64,000 nucleotides of DNA, from IMG/VR virus record IMGVR_UViG_3300036770_007242; one strand, written 5' to 3'. Source of the stretch: an uncultured virus (IMG/VR IMGVR_UViG_3300036770_007242). Its lineage: Duplodnaviria; Heunggongvirae; Uroviricota; Caudoviricetes. The notes beneath the pieces were generated by a model. That model searched no databases. It worked only from the letters and a program-made list of their open reading frames with translations, and was not told the origin of the DNA. The position numbers were made by a program, and so were the translations under genes. Of this stretch, positions 49,239 through 57,752 are shown piece after piece. Position 1 is the stretch's first letter; each line of letters starts with the position of its first letter.

Positions 49239-49586
49239 ATGGCAAACAGTAGAAAGAAAAAGAGTGAGCCACCTACCGAGGAAGCCTCACCAAAAATTAT
49301 CTCAGGTGAAAACATTGATATCAACGAACTGTTTGCTAGATTGAAAGAGTTTGAAAACAAAGCGTTGCTCGACCGTTTAAAGTCAATTGAGCGTAGCATC
49401 TCATCAATCCAAAAAGGTATGCTTTTAGATCGTGCAATGCTAAAAGATGTTAAACAAATTGTTTCTTATCTAAGTCTTGCACATGAAGAACTGTTAAATC
49501 AAATTGGATTTGGTGAAGCTACTGAAGAAGAAATAGAACAACATGTTGTTCCAGAAAAAGAAAAAGGAAGCAAGAAATGGAACTAA
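49239..49586 (+). CDS. hypothetical coiled-coil protein
   Basis: 115 aa. Confidence 0.65.
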   Translation: MANSRKKKSEPPTEEASPKIISGENIDINELFARLKEFENKALLDRLKSIERSISSIQKGMLLDRAMLKDVKQIVSYLSLAHEELLNQIGFGEATEEEIEQHVVPEKEKGSKKWN

Positions 49587-50032
49587 CATTTCTTAAAGTC
49601 AAAACGTTTCTAGAAAAGGCTTTGTTGTTTGTTAAGCTTTACTGGAAACTGATTTTGGTTTCCATTGGGTTGATTTATTTGATTTTGTTTGTTAAGCGAA
49701 AAAACGATTTGGTTGTTGAGTTGCTGGCTCAACGTGAGCGTATGCGCAAAGAACATCAAGACAATATCGATAGATTAAACCAACAAATACAAACTGAAGT
49801 TGCGGTGCGTCGCAAGATTGAATCAGACTTTCAAAATTTAATTGAACGTATTAATCGTGAACACAACGAAGAAATTAAAAGAATTGCTTCGGTTCGAGAA
49901 CAAGAAATTAAAGCTTTGATTGCAAAGCATCATAACGATCCTGTTATAATGGCACAAACAATTAATGATTTGTTTGGTATACCTGTGATGCCCGTACCAA
50001 CAGAAAGACAGCCGTGGGAACCTCAACAATAA
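49577..50032 (+). CDS. membrane-anchored coiled-coil protein (i-spanin-like)
   Basis: N-terminal TM LILVSIGLIYLILFV followed by helical coiled coil. Confidence 0.5.
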   Translation: MELTFLKVKTFLEKALLFVKLYWKLILVSIGLIYLILFVKRKNDLVVELLAQRERMRKEHQDNIDRLNQQIQTEVAVRRKIESDFQNLIERINREHNEEIKRIASVREQEIKALIAKHHNDPVIMAQTINDLFGIPVMPVPTERQPWEPQQ

Positions 50033-50625
50033 AAACAAAACTAATTGCTAGCATTTTAATAACTTCTATTGCATGTAAGAGCACACAAACTGTAAGAGTT
50101 AATTCTCAGCCAACTACAGCGGAATTAACAGCGGTTAACATGTCTCCATATAATGTTCAACGTTCTCCAGAACCAACACCTATTTCTATACGAAATATTA
50201 TTGGAACTGACACAGCTAGAAACTTGGGTGCACAATCCTTGTTCATGTACACACTCAACACACCTAATTTAGTTAGACCTTATGTGTTGGGACCATGGAA
50301 CGGTTTGTGTCTTAACGAACCTTCTTTAAATCACATTGTTGCATCAGTTAATCAAGCTGTACGTAACACACAAAACGATGAGTTTTTAAGATTACAAACT
50401 CTTAGTGCTCATGCTCAAAGAGACATTGCAATGTTGCAAGCTGATTTTCGTGCAATTAGCAATGGTTATGTAGCACAAATAAACGAGCGTGACATAACCA
50501 TAAGAGATGCACAAATAACCATTAATGGATTACAACGCAACAATCTTTGGTCTAATATTGGGTTTGGTGTTGGAGGTGTGCTTTTAGGTCTTGGTGTTTC
50601 TGGGATTATCCTACTTAATAGATAG
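50014..50625 (+). CDS. putative lipoprotein with C-terminal TM (spanin-like)
   Basis: K-rich N-terminus, ASILITSIA-C lipobox-like site, C-terminal IGFGVGGVLLGLGVSGIILL. Confidence 0.5.
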   Translation: MGTSTIKTKLIASILITSIACKSTQTVRVNSQPTTAELTAVNMSPYNVQRSPEPTPISIRNIIGTDTARNLGAQSLFMYTLNTPNLVRPYVLGPWNGLCLNEPSLNHIVASVNQAVRNTQNDEFLRLQTLSAHAQRDIAMLQADFRAISNGYVAQINERDITIRDAQITINGLQRNNLWSNIGFGVGGVLLGLGVSGIILLNR

Positions 50626-50639
50626 GAGGATTTAATCTT

Positions 50640-50894
50640 ATGGCACTACTTCTCAAAAACAGCGAAGGAAAAACTAGTGTAAGTTATACAATGGTATACA
50701 CAGCCTTTGCTGTATCTCTTCTTTGGTATCTTGTTTCTATCATCAACGTTCCTCACATCAGAGCTTTTGATGTTACAACAGCTTCTGGTTTCTTATCTCC
50801 ACTTCTCGCTCTTTATTTCGGTCGTAAATGGAGTGATTCAAGAAGCAGCAGCAATCTAACTACTTCAGCCACTCCAACAACACCCGCAGAATAA
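50640..50894 (+). CDS. small two-TM protein (holin-like)
   Basis: 84 aa, two hydrophobic helices, AGGAGG RBS. Confidence 0.5.
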   Translation: MALLLKNSEGKTSVSYTMVYTAFAVSLLWYLVSIINVPHIRAFDVTTASGFLSPLLALYFGRKWSDSRSSSNLTTSATPTTPAE

Positions 50895-50979
50895 AAACAC
50901 TATAAAACAAGGCATTTTGTAAAAACAAGCCTAATTATAGTAGGATGCAATATCTAACCTGCATCTGGGAGGATTCGTC

Positions 50980-51273
50980 ATGCTAACAGGTAAAGAATAT
51001 CTTGATGGCATTCAAAGTGCTATTCAAGTTGAAATCGATACCGAGTTACAACGGCTGCAATATTTTCTAAAAGCAAATGCTAGAATGCACAACACACGAT
51101 TTCCGTTTGTGTTTCCAGTAAGAAGTTGCAGCTTTGAAGTTATAGAAGCACTAGCTAATCATTTGATAGAAGCTGGGTGGAGTGTGGAGAAGGGCAAAGA
51201 ATATTTGCAAATAATGCCTGCTCCTGTGTCAATGTTTAAGTCTTCTTCCAGTTCATCACTTCCTCGTAAGTAA
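50980..51273 (+). CDS. hypothetical protein
   Basis: 97 aa with GGAGG RBS. Confidence 0.65.
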   Translation: MLTGKEYLDGIQSAIQVEIDTELQRLQYFLKANARMHNTRFPFVFPVRSCSFEVIEALANHLIEAGWSVEKGKEYLQIMPAPVSMFKSSSSSSLPRK

Positions 51274-51309
51274 TTCATATTAGCCTTTTACTTATAGTTG
51301 GAGGTTTTT

Positions 51310-51378
51310 ATGAACAAGTTTACGAATGATACCAAAGGACTTTCAACAGTTTATTCCTCTAGCGTCCAACCTTTGTAA
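51310..51378 (+). pseudogene. orphaned 5' stub of Flp pilin gene
   Basis: TACTTA + GGAGG + MNKFTNDTKGLSTV, then an out-of-context tail and TAA. Confidence 0.85.
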
Positions 51379-52247
51379 GTTTTTATTATTCCAGACAAAA
51401 GTCTATAGAAACTACTTCTTTCTAAATTGTTTTCTATCATAAATCTTACAAGATTTATTCCTTCTACTTCTATTCGTTTGTGGTCGGAAACGAAAACAAA
51501 TACTTTGTCACCATAACGCTTTCTTGCTTTTGTTTCGCTTATTTTTTGTTTCTGGCCATCAGACATAGTTTTACCAAAGTTTGGATTTTTTTCACCTAAC
51601 CTGGAGAAACTCATCTTTTCTTTCGTAGTAGCGTTTGCTTTTTTCCCAATCCTAGATTGACGTAATTTTTCCTTAGTTTCTTCCGATATATTTTTTTTGG
51701 CTTCAACAAGTTTTTGTATATGTTCTGGTGTTTTAGGTTTCCTTAGTTTTTCTTTTGCTTCTTCTGACATTGGCACACCAATATGGGCGGCACGTATCTT
51801 TTCTTTTGTTTCTTCTGTTCTGGGCACACCTACTCTTGCAGCAATTGAGGCTTTTGTTGCCTTGGACATATCTTTGCCTTTACGCTGTTTGCTCCATAAA
51901 GCTTTTGTTTCATCAGATGGTTTAAAACCAAGGGTATTACCAGCCTTCTCGCAAATATTATAGCATTGTTTTTTGCCATCAAAAAACTTCTCTAGATAAT
52001 ATTGCTCTCTAACCAATAACTGTTTTTTATCAACCATCTCAATAATTTCATAAGTTAACGGTTCCTGCCCATATTCTTTTTTGCAAGAGTTATAATCATT
52101 TTGCAAATATTGATTTGGATGACGATTATGGAACAAATCAGATTGATGAGCTGCCCATCGCTTCATAAAGTCAATGGTACTTCCTATGTATATACGACCA
52201 TTGAACTTATTTGTTATCTTATAGATGCCAGATTTTTTCATGTTCAT
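51351..52247 (-). mobile_element. free-standing GIY-YIG homing endonuclease gene
   Basis: SGIYKITN...IYIGS, REQYY, YN, several NUMOD3 EETKEK repeats, terminal YKGW. Confidence 0.92.
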
Positions 52248-52312
52248 GTGTTATATATAGTTGTTCTTTGCAGTTGTTGCATAGAAATACACTAAAAAAA
52301 AGGAGTTCTAAG

Positions 52313-52477
52313 ATGAAAAAACTTGCAAAAGACACTAAAGGACTTTCAACAATTGAATATGTGATTATTCTCATTTTGATTGCTGTTGTTGGCATTACGG
52401 CATGGAGAACGTTTGGAAACACTGTTGTAACCAAAATTAACTCTGGTAACAGCCAAGTAAGTGGTTTGGGTCCATGA
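52313..52477 (+). CDS. flp: Flp/Tad (type IVb/c) prepilin
   Basis: AGGAG RBS, 54 aa: MKKLAKDTKG^LSTIEYVIILILIAVVGITAWRTFG. G-1, E+5, Y+6 and hydrophobic helix. Confidence 0.88.
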   Translation: MKKLAKDTKGLSTIEYVIILILIAVVGITAWRTFGNTVVTKINSGNSQVSGLGP

Positions 52478-52538
52478 TTTTTTTGTTTGCGTATAATACT
52501 TATTTTCAAACCTAAAAAGGGTATAGGAGGATTATAAC

Positions 52539-52976
52539 ATGTCAGTTTCAACAACAATCGATTCAGTATCAGGTGTAGTTTCAACAGTAGACGGTGCTGG
52601 CGCATCAAACCCCGGCACAGTAACTATTGCTGGTCTTCAAGCTCCTGTTGTTGCTCTCACAACAGCAGCAACACTTTCAGCAGCTCAAGCAGGTGCATTT
52701 ACATTTGGCACAGGTGTTTCTGCCGTAACATACGTAATGCCACTTGCCTCAAGCTGTCCCGGTTCAGTGTTTACATTTCGTTCACTAACAGCACAAGCTA
52801 ATGCTCTTACTTGCTCACAAGAAGCAAACGGAACAAAGGCGTTCACCGATGGAACATCAAATGGTTCAAAGGTTGCTGTAGCAAACGTAATTGGCAGCTC
52901 AGTGTCCCTTCTATCAGACGGTAAGAGCTTCCTTGTAATCGGAAAAAGCGGTTCACTTACCTTCTCAGGTACCTGA
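52539..52976 (+). CDS. S/T/G/A-rich putative virion protein
   Basis: 145 aa, AGGAGG RBS, highly expressed-type codon usage. Confidence 0.7.
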   Translation: MSVSTTIDSVSGVVSTVDGAGASNPGTVTIAGLQAPVVALTTAATLSAAQAGAFTFGTGVSAVTYVMPLASSCPGSVFTFRSLTAQANALTCSQEANGTKAFTDGTSNGSKVAVANVIGSSVSLLSDGKSFLVIGKSGSLTFSGT

Positions 52977-52999
52977 TTCTTACAAGATAAACTAAATGC

Positions 53000-53031
53000 A
53001 AACCTCCTGCTAGTTATCTGGCAGGAGGTTT
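53000..53031 (+). promoter_or_regulatory. hairpin sequestering the endolysin RBS, with late-promoter motif at the loop
   Basis: AAACCTCCTGCTAG-TTAT-CTGGCAGGAGGTTT. TAGTTA at 53011-53016, ATG at 53036. Confidence 0.8.
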
Positions 53032-53035
53032 TCTT

Positions 53036-53851
53036 ATGTCTATAATCCTAAATGAAGCCAAAGTAGAAATTCCAAACGTTAAAACAACTAGCTGGCTAGA
53101 TCAAGAAGCATCAGCAAAAAAGATTAAACAGGTAACAGATAAAAATCCAAGAACAACATGGATTCGTTCTGTTGTTTGTCATACCATTCATGGCAAGCTT
53201 GGTAAATTATTGCCGGGTCTAGGGCCAGAAGGTGATTTAGCAGAACGCTATGCCAAGTATCAAACCAACACAGATCGTAGTGTTAGCTGGGATTTTACTT
53301 GTGACTTGGATGGAAGTTGGATAGTCCAGAATGATCCATTGAAGTTTTACACATGGCAGGCTACAAGTGTTAATCCGCATACATGCGGTTTTGAACTTGT
53401 TCAGCTAGACAATGGTGATCTTTATGAAGGTCAGATTGCCAAGGCTGTAGAGTTTATTGATTTTCTAACAGCTAAGTTAGGTATTCAACGTCAAATTCCT
53501 TGGGATATGAAAAACAACTGTCCTCCAAGGGGTATTGTTAATCGTATTGCTGGGAGTAACAATGGTAAAGATGTTGTTGGCGTGTATAACCACAGTCACC
53601 AAACTAGAAATAGAGGATATGGCGATTGTGGTCCTTGGTTGCCTATCGCTCTTAAAGAAGCTGGATATGAGCTTTATGATTTTGACAACAACGACGACAA
53701 AGAGGTTTGGAAGGCCCGTCAGAAGGCTTTAGGGTTTGCTGACAAGGATTGTGACGGGATTCCTGGTCCTGCCACTGTAAGGGCTTTAAAAGCCTCTAGC
53801 AAGGCACATGGTATGTGGGTATCAAGACCCATAGATTCGTTGATTAAGTGA
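53036..53851 (+). CDS. N-acetylmuramoyl-L-alanine amidase endolysin with C-terminal peptidoglycan-binding motif
   Basis: VVCHT, SWDF, TWQA..N....GFE, H......DCG, DGIPGPAT. Confidence 0.85.
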   Translation: MSIILNEAKVEIPNVKTTSWLDQEASAKKIKQVTDKNPRTTWIRSVVCHTIHGKLGKLLPGLGPEGDLAERYAKYQTNTDRSVSWDFTCDLDGSWIVQNDPLKFYTWQATSVNPHTCGFELVQLDNGDLYEGQIAKAVEFIDFLTAKLGIQRQIPWDMKNNCPPRGIVNRIAGSNNGKDVVGVYNHSHQTRNRGYGDCGPWLPIALKEAGYELYDFDNNDDKEVWKARQKALGFADKDCDGIPGPATVRALKASSKAHGMWVSRPIDSLIK

Positions 53852-54908
53852 TTGGAGTATATCCACCTTGAGCTAACCAATCAAGGTCAATATTGTCTGA
53901 AGTAAAAGCTTCTGTGCCATCTTCTAATGGTTCCTCAGAAGGTGTCATGCTAACAATCTCTACATCAGAAGTTTCATCAGATTCTACACTTTCTTTTTGA
54001 AGATACACTCTTTTGGGGGGAGATTGTTCCATATAAGTTTGAGCAAAGTGTTTTGCATCTTTTGGTGTGTCCAAAGTAAATGGTGAATAATCTTCTGGCA
54101 CTGGAGTTGTTACAATCAATCTTCCTTGACAGCGTATACGAAGATACACGTAGGTTCCACTGCCTCCTGGTGTTGAACGCATTTCCACATAGAACTTGTT
54201 TTTTGCTGCCAAATTTGACATTCTTGGAACTCCTATAGCTGCAAGGTTTGCAGGGTCATGTCCAAGAATATACAAACCACGATGGCTGTTATCATTGCCA
54301 CCAATTTGTGCATAATAAGTGTTTTTTCTGCTGTATAACGTTGTCATAAACTTTAAATTTGCAAGAACGTTATAGTTGAACAAAAGGTTGTTTGCTTGTG
54401 CAGCAGTCCAAGCTAGACGAGTGCATTGCAAACCATCTCCAGCAAGATTATATGCTTCACCTTTTTTGGTTTCTTTAAACTGTTTGCCGTTGATTTCATA
54501 CACTCCAGCTTTAAAGTTCTTTAAAAACCTACGTAAACGTTTTAAAGCACCACCTGTTCCAAGAGCTTGTTCTAACACTTCTTTCATTTCATCGTGTGCC
54601 TTAATCATTGCCCTGCTTGTTCCTAAGTCAGTAAGAAATTTAATGTTCTTAGGATCAGATATATCCCAACTGCTTCCTCCAAGTTGAGCATTAAAGTCTT
54701 TTTTGATTTCAAGTTTATATGGGCCTACAACATTTCCTTCTTTGTCTTTGAGTGAAAACGACATATCTTCTCTGTGACGATCTGAACCTGCACCTACTGA
54801 ATCAAAAGAAGTCATATCAGCAGCAATCAATGACTTTAAAATCTTAGACTCATAACTTGAACCTTTATCTTCTTTACCTTCAAACAAAATATGTTGCAAA
54901 AGAATCAT
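53844..54908 (-). CDS. putative PD-(D/E)xK nuclease with MILLQHILFE leader
   Basis: G..YE, D, LEIK motif order. Confidence 0.5.
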   Translation of the reverse strand: MILLQHILFEGKEDKGSSYESKILKSLIAADMTSFDSVGAGSDRHREDMSFSLKDKEGNVVGPYKLEIKKDFNAQLGGSSWDISDPKNIKFLTDLGTSRAMIKAHDEMKEVLEQALGTGGALKRLRRFLKNFKAGVYEINGKQFKETKKGEAYNLAGDGLQCTRLAWTAAQANNLLFNYNVLANLKFMTTLYSRKNTYYAQIGGNDNSHRGLYILGHDPANLAAIGVPRMSNLAAKNKFYVEMRSTPGGSGTYVYLRIRCQGRLIVTTPVPEDYSPFTLDTPKDAKHFAQTYMEQSPPKRVYLQKESVESDETSDVEIVSMTPSEEPLEDGTEAFTSDNIDLDWLAQGGYTPIT

Positions 54909-54979
54909 GTGTTGGTTGCTCCATTGACAAAAAGCTATACACTATACATATTATCTTATGAGTCACAGGAGCAATAAAC

Positions 54980-55222
54980 ATGAAGATATGGCCTAGCATT
55001 GAAAAAAGCTATCACAAGCGCAAAGACGGTTATTATCAAGAAGTAATAAGTCATTTTGTTCACTTTGAGGATGTTTCTGGAAACAAGCAAACAAAGTTAG
55101 ATCGACAAGTTATGGGAGGAGTATACACAGAGAATTACACTCACAATTCTTTTGATGGAGTTGTAACTATAAAAGAAGACGGTGCAGAAAAACGGCTTGT
55201 TGCTGTAGAGAAAAGAATGTGA
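54980..55222 (+). CDS. hypothetical protein
   Basis: AGGAG RBS, TTGACA upstream at 54924. Confidence 0.65.
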   Translation: MKIWPSIEKSYHKRKDGYYQEVISHFVHFEDVSGNKQTKLDRQVMGGVYTENYTHNSFDGVVTIKEDGAEKRLVAVEKRM

Positions 55223-55266
55223 TTACTGTTCTTATATGGGATTGGTAAACGAAAGGTTTTTGTTCT

Positions 55267-55584
55267 TTAACCTAGAATAAGTTTTTTAGCAGGTTCTTTG
55301 TCTGCAACAATAAGTTTGCTATCTTCTATTGTGTCTTTACACTCACCAACAACTCTGGCAATTTTTAACATTGATTCACGATTTTCAAGTTCAAGAGCTA
55401 GAAGATAAATGAGATAAAGTTTCATGCGTTGCGATACACCGTATTCGTTGATTGTTTTTACGATTCCACGGCATTGCAAACGCTTTTCTTTTGAAAGCTT
55501 TGTTTCTACATAATTTGGAACAACATAAGTTTCATCTTGTTTTGCTTCTGCTTCATCTGTTAGCATATCATCAAACTTATTCAT
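55267..55584 (-). CDS. hypothetical protein
   Basis: 105 aa, coupled, GGAGG RBS. Confidence 0.7.
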   Translation of the reverse strand: MNKFDDMLTDEAEAKQDETYVVPNYVETKLSKEKRLQCRGIVKTINEYGVSQRMKLYLIYLLALELENRESMLKIARVVGECKDTIEDSKLIVADKEPAKKLILG

Positions 55585-56054
55585 ACATCCTCCGTTGAAA
55601 AGCTTTCAATTTTCCAAAGTGTTTTGCCAGCCATAAGCAAATACTTTCCCTGGGACTCTTCACCTTGATTTTCTTTATGTAGAACAACAGGTCGATCCCA
55701 TTTTTCATTTTCGTGGTTGAACTTGATTTGTTGCCATGTTGGAGTATCTAAATCGTACTTAGCCAATAAACCAACGAGTTTTTCTGGTAAGCTAGATTTT
55801 ATTTCTTCTACATCTGGAACCAAGTGACTGTCTTCTTTTTTGATTCGCTGTGAGGAACCAACTTCTATTACTTTGTGTATTGCACCACAGTTATTGCATT
55901 TTGCATATGATGGTTTAATGCTGCCATCTGAGTTGATAATAGAAAACACAACAAATTTGTGAAAAACAGGCGGATCAACTTCTTCATACTGACGAAGAAT
56001 ACAGTTGCAAGTTATGAGGTGTTTAATAGATTCAAGCATAGCGGCAGCAAACAA
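55581..56054 (-). CDS. hypothetical protein with Cys motifs (CNC, CNNCG)
   Basis: Probable start at MLESIKH. Confidence 0.7.
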   Translation of the reverse strand: MFAAAMLESIKHLITCNCILRQYEEVDPPVFHKFVVFSIINSDGSIKPSYAKCNNCGAIHKVIEVGSSQRIKKEDSHLVPDVEEIKSSLPEKLVGLLAKYDLDTPTWQQIKFNHENEKWDRPVVLHKENQGEESQGKYLLMAGKTLWKIESFSTEDV

Positions 56055-56081
56055 TCAAGATGAAAAGGAATGCAAATAATA

Positions 56082-56405
56082 TCAGGCTGATGCTACCGCT
56101 TTTCTTTTTTTTGTTTCGGTTGCTGAAACCTCCATCAATGCAGCAGGCGTTTCGTCATCACCAACATAATCATCCAACTGACGCTTAATGCCGTTGTGAA
56201 ATGAATCCATGTTCTTAAGTTCATATTCACTAATAACAATTTGCACAGTTTTAAGAATGTGTGTTAGAACTTCGGGTTCAACAGGTAGATTGTTTTTACG
56301 TGCATACAACTGAACACTATCATATACACCTTCAGAAATAGATTTAACCAAGCGATGAACTTCACGTTCAATTGCAGTATCAAGCTTTGCCCTTTGTTGA
56401 CTCAT
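56082..56405 (-). CDS. hypothetical protein
   Basis: 107 aa with GGAG RBS. Confidence 0.7.
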   Translation of the reverse strand: MSQQRAKLDTAIEREVHRLVKSISEGVYDSVQLYARKNNLPVEPEVLTHILKTVQIVISEYELKNMDSFHNGIKRQLDDYVGDDETPAALMEVSATETKKRKAVASA

Positions 56406-56455
56406 AATATGTCTCCGTTGCTATATTGTTTTTTCATATACCTAACAATGTATCG

Positions 56456-56941
56456 CTACTTTGTATGTTTATTTGCAATCCCAGAAGCAACAAAGCTCCA
56501 AGGCTTTAAAGCTGATTCAAAACCAGAAGCAGAAACATAACCCTTTAAATGGTCAGAAAACATAGAAGTTAGCTCTCCAGCATTAGGTGGTGATGCATCC
56601 AAATGAATAACTGGACTCAATCCAGTTTTTTCTTGAATCTCTGTTGCTAGCTCAATTGCCAAACTAGTTTCATGAAACATTCTAGCTTTTACTCTTACTG
56701 GATAAGTTCCTCTAAACTGTTTTCGATGTTGTTCTGAGATGTTGTAGTAATAGAATCCTCCTCTGCCTTTGCGATAAAGACAAACCACAGTAATAAAACG
56801 GTATGAAACTCCATGCAAATGAGAGTCAACTCCAACAATAAGCTCAGAGTCTCCTTCAAGTTTGTTTTTTGAAGAGTTTACCCATCTGTAAAATGCTTCA
56901 TCTTTTATTTCATTCCCATCTGCATCTTTCCACGTTCTCAT
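56456..56941 (-). CDS. RNase H-like YkuK-family protein
   Basis: IVGVDS, GRGG, R.F.E, IHLD, KP...AS..A.KH. Confidence 0.8.
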   Translation of the reverse strand: MRTWKDADGNEIKDEAFYRWVNSSKNKLEGDSELIVGVDSHLHGVSYRFITVVCLYRKGRGGFYYYNISEQHRKQFRGTYPVRVKARMFHETSLAIELATEIQEKTGLSPVIHLDASPPNAGELTSMFSDHLKGYVSASGFESALKPWSFVASGIANKHTK

Positions 56942-56965
56942 ATTATTGCTCTTTCGTAAATGTGA

Positions 56966-57691
56966 TTATCTTAGTTTTCGCCAGCGATTTGGGTGTTCTT
57001 TGGTTTTAACAAGAAAGTTTGAGACGATATACTGGCAGTAGTAAGTCCTACACATATTAGGTCGAACTTCGTAAATCTGACACTTGTACGTTGTTGGATT
57101 CATAAACTTGCAAATATATCTTGGACCAATAACTTGAAATCTTAAAAACGGATATGCTTTTCTGTCTTTAAATACTTGATTGTTTGGTGCATCTTTAAAC
57201 AAGGTGTCACCGATAACAACTCCTTCATCGTAATCAACAACAATATCTTGCCTTGAATAGTTCAAGCCCTTTTTTCTAAACCACTTAACGATATCTTTGA
57301 TCCATTCTTCATCAACAGGACCAAGAACGTGTTCCAAGTCTAACGGGTCTAAATGGCAACATCCACCTTTTAGTCCAGGTACACCACAACAATTTCCAAG
57401 ACAAGTTGCTACTGCAACTTCATCTGTGAAGTGTTTTCGTTGATCTAATGGTTTACTTTGCCATTCTTGTGCTTGGTTAATGTTTAGCACAGGCAAGTAA
57501 TACTTGTCACGATAGTCTTTTTCGTTGTTTGGGTCTTGCTCTTTTTCTTTGAGTGTTTTATCTCTTGCAGGAGTTTTTGCAGCAACAATCTTTTCTTCAG
57601 CCTGACGTTGCTTGTCCAGCTCGATAAGCTCTTCAAAAGAGATTGGTTTTTTCTGCTTTATTTGCATATCTTGTACCAGTATATCACACAC
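56966..57691 (-). CDS. YkgJ-like cysteine-cluster protein
   Basis: CLGNCC..GCC, CKFM....CQIYEVRPNMCRTYYC. Confidence 0.75.
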   Translation of the reverse strand: MCDILVQDMQIKQKKPISFEELIELDKQRQAEEKIVAAKTPARDKTLKEKEQDPNNEKDYRDKYYLPVLNINQAQEWQSKPLDQRKHFTDEVAVATCLGNCCGVPGLKGGCCHLDPLDLEHVLGPVDEEWIKDIVKWFRKKGLNYSRQDIVVDYDEGVVIGDTLFKDAPNNQVFKDRKAYPFLRFQVIGPRYICKFMNPTTYKCQIYEVRPNMCRTYYCQYIVSNFLVKTKEHPNRWRKLR

Positions 57692-57752
57692 TTAAGAATT
57701 TGAAATGGTTTTGTTCAAAAGTTGCTACTTATAACCAAACTCTGGAGTTAAT

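Noticed and set aside
19451..52477. IS-type target-site duplications
   Set aside because: Copies are diverged at the codon level rather than identical, and there are no terminal inverted repeats or transposase motifs.
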